Source: Octopus sinensis
Taxonomy: Eukaryota
Direction of reading: 5' to 3'
DNA: 64,000 bases
NCBI RefSeq assembly: GCF_006345805.1
Contig: NC_043014.1
Location: forward strand, 47,058,001 to 47,122,000
In this document: positions 52,261 to 64,000 of the stretch, in pieces
Numbering within the stretch: position 1 is the stretch's first letter
Layout: each line of letters starts with the position of its first letter
Program-made: the position numbers and the translations under genes
The notes under the pieces: model-generated
Told to the model about the DNA's origin: nothing
Seen by the model: the letters and a program-made list of their open reading frames with translations, nothing else
Database searches by the model: none

Positions 52261-53801
52261 TAATAATGATAATAATAATAATGGTAATAAATGCCCTGAT
52301 GCAGTACCAGGCAGTGGTTCTCGTGGCTTCTGATCTTAACTGATTGGAAGTGTTATAACGTACATTCTTTTGTCTTGATATAAAAAATGGGCTACAGCAA
52401 ATATTCTGCTCAAGATTTGATTGTCAGTTGTTTGACCTTAACCAGTTGATTATGTCCCTTAGTGACTGACAATATGTGCATCTCTGATCATGAGCAGTAG
52501 TGGGGGAGCATCATTACCATGTGTTGAGAGGAATTCTTTGGGGTTTGAATAATTCACTTCTGGAAACACGGGTGTTTTATTCAGCATCCTTAAACAACCC
52601 TTATTCAGGGACCTTTTGAGTGGGATGGGTTATTCAACCAGAAGAAAATTCTAACTGGGCCCCACCTGTAAGGTCATGCGCTGTTTATCTTGATATGAGA
52701 TCACCATGTCACACACATATGGTTGTGTGCCTAGTGTACCCTTATCAGACAAGTAGTCATGATGGGTATACTGGGCTTCGTATATTTGTACCCCAGTATC
52801 ACTTTGATGGCATATACTTCTCTCTCACTCAATAATAATAATAATAGGGATCCAGAAGACAGCATAGTTGGGTACAGCTCACATTCTAAGGAGAGTATTG
52901 TCTCTTTGAGAAGGCACTACTTGAAACCTTTGGTGACTTGTTATTGCCTGCTTTCAAGTAAAGAACAACTTCAAATAGAACAGCGAGAATCAAAATAATA
53001 ATAATAGTAATACTACTACCACCACCACCACCACTACTGATGATGATGATGAGGAGGAGGAGGATAATAAATGCTTTGATGCAGTACCCGGCAATAGACG
53101 TCATTGATTGGTTGAAATTGCCGAAATGCAAGAAATTAAACAACAAATAGCTTACAAACTACAGGATTTTCTCAATAAAGCCAAGTGAAAAAGATGTTTT
53201 ATGTAACACATTCTACCAGTATATGAAGTTTAAAAGTGTTTAGTTACATAGAAATTATTTTAAAAATCTGCCGGTCAAAGTGAAAAGATCCATACAGTCT
53301 TATGTAGTATGTATGTACATATAATGTGTGTGTGCGTGTATATATATTTGAATATATAATCGTCTCTCTATCTAGCTCTTTCTCCCTGCAACTCACTCTA
53401 TCTTTGTAACAATATCTGTTTGGCTGCTTCACAGGACACAATTTTTACCGTAATAGCAGTTATGTATTTGTTATATTTCGGAATGGTCATTTTGCCAGTT
53501 TAGCCAATAAAAACACACGCACTATATATTTGGTGTTATTTTTCTTCAGTGTTATTTATTTTTTACATTAATCTTAATCTTATTTCGGCCAGAGTTCTTT
53601 CGTCACACTCCTGTGACCGCATCAGTGGTCCTTTGTTTTCTTCTTTCTTATTTATGTATTCCTCTAAAAAACTCACTGCATATGCTTCATCTCAGATCAT
53701 TGTTCTCACCACCACCACCACCACCACCACCACCACCACCACTACTACTCCTATCATCATCATCGCTAAGAACAACAGCAATCCAGCTTATAAGCTGTGC
53801 C

Positions 53802-54972
53802 GGATCTTTTCTTTTTGAAAGCCAGATTTTTCTAGTTAACTAAATAATTTGAAACTTCGTATACTGGTAGAATGTGTCAAAAGAAAACAATAATTTCAAC
53901 TAGTTTTTTTAACAAAAATGTATTTTATAAGTTTAAACGTAGTTTAAATCTGCGAATTTTAACCAATCGTATTGTCTGTTTTCATTTGAAATTATTAGCT
54001 GCATAGTGTTACTGTGACGTAGACAGCTATTTTGTGAGTGGGTAAGCAGTAAGCAAACAGCTGTGGTAGATGTGGTTATCATGGCAGTGGTGGTGGTGGT
54101 GGTGGCAGTGGATGATGATGATAATGATGATGATAGTAGTAGTAGCATTGATTATGTTAGGATGTCTCATGCTGGTATTGATCTTGGGGTTGTGGTTGCA
54201 GAAGATGGTTGTGGTGGTGGCATTGGAGGTTGTAGTAATGGTTGTAGTGGTGGTTGTGAAGATGATTCTGATATTGATAGTCTTTGCATTGAGGTGGTGG
54301 CAGAGTCAGAGTAAATAATAAGAGCCCAGTTAACACAAGATTCTTAAATTTCGGAGATCATAAGATAGAGAGCAAGAAGTTAAAAGTTCCAATACTGGCC
54401 CAATTCCTACACCCCAGATTCTTCAACTATTTTATAAGAAAGAGGTTAATGGCAGGATAGGGATTCAGCTTAAAAATAAATTGTATAACAAAAAATACAT
54501 AAATAAATTACTGCTCCAACGATATAATTTTAGTATGTGTGTATGTATGTGTGTGTGTAAGCAATACAAACAATGGAAAATAATTTAAACACTCATTTTA
54601 TATATACTAAGACTTTCAAAAAGAATTTAACTATTTAGGATCTGCACAAATTTTATATATACTCCACGAAGTTTGAAAGTGTTTAGTTACGATAAGCGGG
54701 TGTTTACATTTTATGTTTACGTTAATTACGTCACAAGATAGCTGTTTACGTCACAGTAACAATATTTTGAGAAGCAGTAAATAATATGAGGCCGAAAGAA
54801 AGAATATCATTGGTTAAAATTCGAATTTTTAAACAACGTTAAACTTAGAAATGACAATTCCGTTTTCATTTTGGTTTACAATTATGTTTTCTTTTGACAC
54901 ATTCTACCAGTATACGAAGTTTCAAATTGTTTAGTTAACTAGGAAAATCTAGCTTTCAAAAAGAAAAGATCC
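53802..54972. mobile_element. Long-TIR Merlin-like element related to M2, carrying microsatellite-rich internal DNA
   Basis: Roughly 200-bp imperfect TIRs beginning GGATCTTTT; 8-bp TSD GCTGTGCC / GCTGTGTC. Confidence 0.7.
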
Positions 54973-57239
54973 GCTGTGTCTCTTCTCAGTAGTCGCTTGA
55001 AACCAAGCAATACTTTATTTCTATTTTAATTCGATTCATAACTAGGATACATCCCTGATGAGCTAAAATAAAATCGAATCATGTCCACAGTTGTCCCCCT
55101 TGCCTACAGAGATCAGATTTTCCCCCCTGGTGTGAAAAAATTTCTGTGAAGTTAAAAATTAATTTCTCGAAATCATCACTTCTATTCTTTGAGTGTTGAT
55201 ATTTATTAGCTGACCTCAGGAGTTTTTTTTTTTTTTCTAGTTGAAAGGAAATTTCCAATTCTTCGAGAATTTTGTGTTCGTCACTGAGTAGAACGCCACC
55301 TACATCTTAAATTAGCGAAATTGAATCCATTACTGTACATGAGTTATTTCCCTTAGATCACTTATTGTAATTATGCATGACGTCACAGGCTACCTCCCCT
55401 CGTTCATTCTCTACTCTTTTAGTCGTTTACTTCTCTCTCTTTCGCTTTCGCTTTCTCTTTCTCTTTCGCAAGCGCGAGAGCGTCGTTGTAGTCGCTCGAC
55501 CGGCTAGAAATAGCAGCTAATTCTCCCTCAAACCACACGTCATCTTTTTTTCTTCTTTGATACATTAAATTTAATGAAGATACTAATATACAAATAGATG
55601 TTTTTATGGCTGCTAGATCGTAAAAGCTTGTTCAGAGATGAATCGGAACTGAACCACAATATCAACAAAGCAAACTGACCGCTCTCACATCACCCCTTTC
55701 ACACACATCTTCTTCTCTGTCTCTATCGTTCTCTCTCTACCTCTCTGTCTCAAACATTCACCCCCTTCCTTCGTATTATATCTATCAATCTACTTCTCAT
55801 TCATTACTTTCACTTTTACACTATCTCTCCATCTCTCTCCTCCTCTCTCGCATTCTCTCTCTTTCACTCCTCTCTCTGCCTCTTTCTCTCTCACACACAC
55901 CTATTACAGTAAACTCTCTTCCCTTTTAACGTTATATCTTCCCTTCTGTGTGATACACATTTTTCTCTCACGATATTTCTAACGCTTTCTCTGTGTCTCT
56001 TCTCATATCGCAACCGTCAAGAAAGCGTGTGCGCGCATGCACGAACGCACATGCGCGCACGCATCCACCAACCAACACTGGTTGCTCTCTCCCTCTCCTT
56101 TTCTCTCACCTCCTTCACTACTTGCTCTCTCATTCACAATATTTACACTCTTCCTCTCTCTCTCTCTCTCTCTCTGCTTGTTCTCCTTATCTCCTTTCAA
56201 TCTTTGCTCTCCCTCTCTGCTTCTCTCAATGCTTACTCTCCCTCTCTCCTTCTTTCCTCTCTCTCCCATGCTTTCTTTCTTTCTTTCTTACCCTCTCTCC
56301 CTCTTTCTGGTCTCCTTCTCTCTCAATGCTTGCTCTCCTCTCTGACAGTATTTACATCCTCTAGCTCTCCGTTTTTCTCACTACTTGCTCTCCCTCCCTC
56401 TCTCTCATAGCCTTTGCTCTTTCCCTCTCTCTCTCTCTTTCTCCTTGCTTGCTCTCCCTCTCACCCTCACACACATACTACTTGCTCTCTACTATCTCTC
56501 TTAACACCAATCTTTCATATTTAATTAAAACCATGTAGAATCGGTGCGTCATGCTATCTTAGCTTCAACAGAACAAGTCTGTTGTCCGTCATTGGAAAAG
56601 GAGAGAGAGAGAGAGTCACATACGCAGGGTCATCCGTAGGAGCTGTATCCATCCATCGACTTTAACAGAAACGAAGACACTGACCACTTAGAGTGTGGTG
56701 GACACAAAGGTTGGCCCAGCTTCCCTTTATATTTTTTGGAATTCTGTGAGGAACGAAGAGGAAAGGAGAGAAAGGAAAAGAGACAGAGAGAGAGAGAGAA
56801 AGAGAAAGAGAGAGAGAGGGTTCAATTCTTATTTGATGTTTCATGTTGAGGCGACGGCGGCGGCGGCGGTGGTGGTGGTGTCAGTGGTGTTTAGGTTCAG
56901 GTCAGCTCTAAATCAAAGATCTTTCGTTAGTGACCGACCACCCTGTCTGTCTGTCTGTCTGTAGACCAGGGGGACTTCAATGTCTAAACGCACCCTTTAT
57001 TTAAGACGAGGCGGGGTTGCAATTTTAGGGAAATTTGGTTGTATTTTTGTAAGCAAGTTCAACGACCGAAATACAGGCTCTGACGCTAACATTGTATGAT
57101 GTGGTGTTGGTGGTGGTTGTGGTGGTGGTGACGATGGTGCTGGTGGCGATGGTGCTGGTGGTGAAGATCGTGGTGATGGTGATGGGGATGATGATGATGA
57201 TGATGATAAGGATGATGATATTCTCAAATATCTAAAGTG

Positions 57240-58950
<1,711 letters not shown>

Positions 58951-59303
58951 CCCATGGCTTTTTTATGTTCTTATGATTCTCTGCCCCAAAGAAAGAACCA
59001 CTGTTACTATCGCCAATTCCGTCCAGGGACCAGTATTAGTGGTTACAACCCAATGACAGGACCTTGGAAATAAAATTCAGGATTTTGTAAAACGATTGCC
59101 CTTTATCTTTGGTCCCCGCATCCTTAAAACTATGGTTTCACCTACTAGAAATAGTGGCCAAAACACCTTCCAGTCACACTACTGTCCTAAACAAAGGGTA
59201 AGACCCCAGTTATAGATATACGAGATGGTCATAGCTGGTATGTCAAAGGTTCCCTCTCGATCGGGGCTGCCCAAAGGTTAATCACCGTTGATGCTCTGTC
59301 TCT

Positions 59304-59630
59304 CTATCCGCTCAGTGGAAGTCGACTCTCGGTCACTCGTTGGATCAGTGTCCTCCAGTCAGTTCTATCCTGGGCCGCTTCCTTCAGATTGGCCATGTCC
59401 ATTCCGGTATTACTCCTGGTGGTGTCAAGCCAGCGGGTTCTTGGTCGGCCTCTTCCTCTCTTGCCACTGACCATTCCGAGCATGATGTCCTTCTCCAGGG
59501 ATTTTCTCCGCATAATATGACCGAAATATGCCAATCTATGCTTGGTGATCCTAGCTTCTAGCGACATTTTCGGCCTTATCTGCTTAAGAACTTCTCCATT
59601 GGCGAGCCTCGCTGTCCATGGAATCCGCAT
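59304..59630 (-). mobile_element. 3' fragment of a BovB-like RTE LINE
   Basis: RIPWTAR..N.EVL...SLE..I.K.RL.YFGHIMRR.SLEKDIMLG.V.GKRGRGRPR.RWLD...DR..WR...VT.SR closely follows the Bov-B ORF C-terminus. Confidence 0.88.
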
Positions 59631-60466
59631 ATACACATTGATGCATATACACATAATTGATGCATATACACCGTTGATGTATATACACATAAACATATAC
59701 TTTGTTACCCAACAGACAGATATGTTACAATACGCAACACATATACACTCACAGACACGCAACAACACAAATATACAAACACAGATATATACAAGCAAGA
59801 GAGCGGGGAGAGATAGAGAGGTGGAGAAAGAAAGAGGGAACGAGTGAGAGCAGAGAGAGAGAGAGAAGGAAACGAAAGAAACAGAGAAAACGAGAGGGTT
59901 TAAAAAAAAGCGAATGAAACAGAGAGAGATGGATTAAGAGTGCCTGCGTGTCTCGCTAGTTCCTGTTTTCTTTAAACTACGAAATGGAATAATGAAAGTT
60001 GTTGCATTCATGCTTTTTTCGAAGCTATTAACGACACGACTGCAGTATTTGGGCAATCATTAAGGTACAAGGCGACGAACACAAACAGGGTTTATTGAAA
60101 TGTGATTTTGTATCAATCATTCTAGCTCACACATTGGCGATGACTGACTTGGATATTCCAATCTAAGGTACAATCTAAGCAATTACTCTTTTATAAACCT
60201 TCAGCTAACCCGTTATCTCCTGTTCCGTTGTTGTATGTCGTATATCAAGGTAGTTGGGTGTGTTATAACAACAAAAATATTTATTCTTATGGTCAGTATG
60301 AGTGTGTGTGTGTGATAATGTGTATGTGCGATGTTTTTATGTGTATGTCTGATATATTTATATCTATGTGTATGTATGTTGTGATGTAATTATATGTATG
60401 TGTATGTGTGTTATGTGATGTATCTGTGTGCATCTGTACTTTTTATTATTCAACTGGCTGCCTCTG

Positions 60467-60544
<78 letters not shown>

Positions 60545-60688
60545 GATCGATCGATCGATCGACCGACCAGTTTGTCTATCTACGTATGTATGTATGTATG
60601 TATGTATATCTATCTATTTATCTATCGATCGATCAGACTGTCTATCTACGTATGTATGTATGTATATCTATCTATCTATCTATCTATT

Positions 60689-60745
<57 letters not shown>

Positions 60746-60754
60746 ATATATATA

Positions 60755-60813
<59 letters not shown>

Positions 60814-61689
60814 ATATATATGTCTCTTATTCTACCTACCTAATATATCTACTTGCCTATCTGTCTCTCTAGCTAGCTAGCTATCTTCCTGTCTGCCTAT
60901 CTACCTACCTATCCATCTCTCCCCTACTCTCTCTAACATCTAGCTACAGCTCTCTCCTTTTTCTCCCTCCCCCCACACACTCTCATCAATGACGTTGATA
61001 CGAGTGATGTCTAGTTTCTATAATAATGAAATTATTGTATACAGTGCTCAGGTGCACCACAACTTGTCAAAAGTGCATATAAAGTATATTCTGTATGTTT
61101 ACACCTAAAGACAAAACATGGGTAGGAAAAGATTTCTTAAGAGATTAAAGAGCTGAAGTAGAATCAGGTAAAGTGTTTAGTGCAGGAGACCTACCTGGAA
61201 AATAAGAAACCACAGTGAGGTGTGTGAGTGGAGGTAGGGTAATATTCTTAATGAAATAGTTTTCTAAATTTGATGAAGGGCCTTGCCTAAATCATCATGT
61301 CTCTCCTTTTCCTCACAGCAAAGAAATATCTAAAAACACCTATCAATCTGCCTCATGATCCCAGCAGACAAATTGGAAAAGGCATTTCCTTGGAGAATGG
61401 CAAGGGAGATGTGCTGGAACAGCCCCTCTGGCTCACAGGGCTTGAAATTGTGGATAACCTATTTCTTTACTACTCACAAGGGGCTAAACACAGAGGGGAC
61501 AAACAAGGACAGACAAACAGATTAAGTCGATTACTTCGACACCAGTGCGTAACTGGTACTTAATTTATCGACCCCCGAAAAGATGAAAGGCAAAGTCAAC
61601 CTCGGCGGAATTTGAACTCAGAACGTAACGGCAGACGAAATACGGCTATGCATTTCGCCCGGCGTGGTAACGTTTCTGCCAGCTCGCCA

Positions 61690-61975
61690 ACCATCCCTGC
61701 CCTGATAGCAGGGAGCAAGGATGTGGTCCAGGTGCTGAGAACATTGGTGGCCTCCACTGCCACAGGCTTGTCTACAAACCAGTGAGAGAGCGGCCAGCGC
61801 TTTGACAGTTTGTCCTTCTGGGCTGGTTTCTGAACCCACTATGTTGACACTGGAAAAGGTGTCACAGCATGTGGCATCCCGTATGAGGGGTCTATCGCTA
61901 TAGGACAGGAAAACTGTCATACCGTCAGTCTAGTCTCAAGTTGGTAAGGGAAGCCCGCGACGTCCAGGCCATGCT
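61690..61975 (-). mobile_element. Degenerate CRE-like (RLE endonuclease) non-LTR retrotransposon fragment
   Basis: Across frameshifts: GLDVAGFPYQLE / DGMTVF...RPLIRDATCCDTF / KPVAVEATNVL, resembling the PDG...WDATC.DT...P.AVET RLE domain of CRE-type elements. Confidence 0.55.
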
Positions 61976-64000
61976 TTATCATCTCAGAATTTATCTTGTC
62001 TTGTTTATTTATTTATTTACATATCGCAGGAGTTGCTGTGTGGTAAGTAGCTTGCTTACCAACCACATCGTTCCGGGTTCAGTCCCACTGCGTGGCATCT
62101 TGGGCAAGTGTCTTCTACTATAGTCTCAGGCCAACCAAAGCCTTGTGAGTGGATTTGGTAGACGGAAACTGAAAGAAGCCCGTCGTGTATATGTATATAT
62201 ATGTGTGTTTGTGTGTCTGTGTTTGTCCCTTTTCCAACATTGCTTGACAACCGATGCTGGTGTGTTTATGTTCCCGTAACTTAGCAGTTTGGCAAAAGAG
62301 ACTGATAGAATAAGTCCTAGACTTACAAAGAATAAGTCCTGGGGTCGATTTGCTCAACTAAAGGTGGTGCTCCAGCAAGGCCACAGTCAAATGACTGAAA
62401 CAAGTAAATAAATAAAACATCCTTCTAGGTCTCCTTAGAATAATAGATACTTTTATATTCTCTTCTTCTAAGAAGTAGAAGAGTCAACAGAGGGATATAA
62501 CATGGAAGTGGGTAAGTGGCAGTAGAGTACTGATGGATGGTCGTTGGGGTAGGGCTGGCTGTCTTTCAGATGCAGTCTAAAATATTCCTAGCAAAGGATT
62601 GTCCTTGCCACACACACACACACTGACACACATACCACCATCACATGTCATTGATATCACAATTCATGTTTGTGAAAAAACATCAGGTTTTCTTCAATAT
62701 CTTACAACAATGAATCCTAAACCAAGCCCATTCAGTAATTTGAAAATAGAACACATCTTAAATGTTTGTGTGACAGCTGCTGTCCTGTTTATTGTGTATG
62801 AACAGCATTGCTGTATGGTAGTGTTTGTGTGTCAGCTATAGAGGGACCAGGAAGTGTCTGCTATTCTAGAGAAAAGGGATACTTACTCTCCTTGCTGTGT
62901 ACAGATAAAGATGGTTGAATGAATAAGATAGTGGGCTATTAGTCCATAGGTTGTGAGTTCAAATCTATTGGTCACAAGCAGAACTTGTTATTCAAGTTTC
63001 CTTTGTCAAGAATAGATCACCTGGGAATGTTTACTGTGATATGGCATATTATTATGAAATGCTCTGTTCTTTCATAATGAAATGCTTTATCATTATGAAA
63101 TGACAGGGCATTTCATAAATGCTCAATCATTTTCATAAATGCTCAATCATTTTCATAAATGATAAAGCATTTACGAAGCACCTTCACTAGTCAGTTAAGG
63201 TGAGACAGTTTAACGTGACAACTTGCTGGGGCTACCGCTGGAGCCTAGCAGAAGGTATTTAAAGGGAAAAATTTTGACAAGTCAGTCAGTCACCGGCTGA
63301 CACTCGCTGACGATACATCGAAGAGGCCAGGGAATAGAAGAAAGAAGAAGAAAGAAGACATGCACCCAACACCAGAGCTGAAGACACCTCCAAAAGAGGG
63401 GGCCCCACCACGTCAAAACGGTAGGGGAGTAGGGCCCGAAACCGGACATGGTTCCTCCTGATGATGACTTGAGCTAACTGGATCTTATAAAGGAGCTGTT
63501 GTGGTAGCAGACCACGAAAAACGGTTGTAATTCCTGGTGGGAGATTTGTGTCTCATTTTCTGCATTTAAATTTTTCTTGTCCCCATATTTCTAACAAGAA
63601 TATACTCCGTATTTTGTGGTTTATTTCCCAATACAGGAATTATGGGATGTTTAGTGAAATAACTTTCTCTTTTACTCTTTTCACTCTTTTACTTGTTTCA
63701 GTCATTTGACTGCAGCCATGCTGGAGCACCGCCTTTAGTCGAGCAAATCGACCCCAGCTCTTATTCTTTGTAAGCCTAGTACTTATTCAATCGGTCTTTT
63801 TTGCCGAACTGCTAAGTTACGGGGACGTAAACACACCAGCATTGGTTGTCAAGCGATGTTGGGGGGAAAAACACAGACACACAAACATATACACACACAT
63901 ACATATATATATATATATATGTATGTAAAAGTAAAAAATATACAAACTGGGACAAGAACGTGAAACATTTAGAAGACGACACAAAAAAACACGGACGGGA

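Overview
Repeat-saturated, AT-rich eukaryotic DNA, almost certainly from an octopus. This is inferred from the [13 protein letters not shown]-type C2H2 fingers, CORE- and Meta-type tRNA SINEs and dense (TA)n/(CA)n/(CAT)n tracts. Only two intact protein-coding ORFs are supportable, both without introns in the CDS: (1) a 399-aa CARD-caspase (7875-9074) with an intact catalytic dyad and Asp-binding pocket, but a QACRD motif, a very short inter-subunit linker lacking a usable Asp, and two kappaB-like sites upstream; (2) a 248-aa secreted, probably GPI-anchored TPM-domain protein of the MOLO-1 type (23853-24599). A five-finger C2H2 pseudogene lies at 16.2-16.6 kb. The rest is mobile DNA: four SINE-like families; RTE, R4/Dong, CRE-like and Penelope fragments; mariner and rosa-type transposase remnants; and Merlin-, piggyBac-, hAT- and Helitron-type non-autonomous elements. 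The less obvious signals are a set of minimal hammerhead-ribozyme-like motifs in inverted Penelope-type pseudo-LTRs (one in a perfect 158-bp zero-spacer palindrome), TE-mediated unequal-crossover duplications with hybrid middle copies, (TAA)n-targeted R4/Dong insertions, and long inverted SINE pairs able to form dsRNA. Most ORF-track entries are microsatellite or SINE read-through artefacts. All family assignments come from motif recognition, not database searches.
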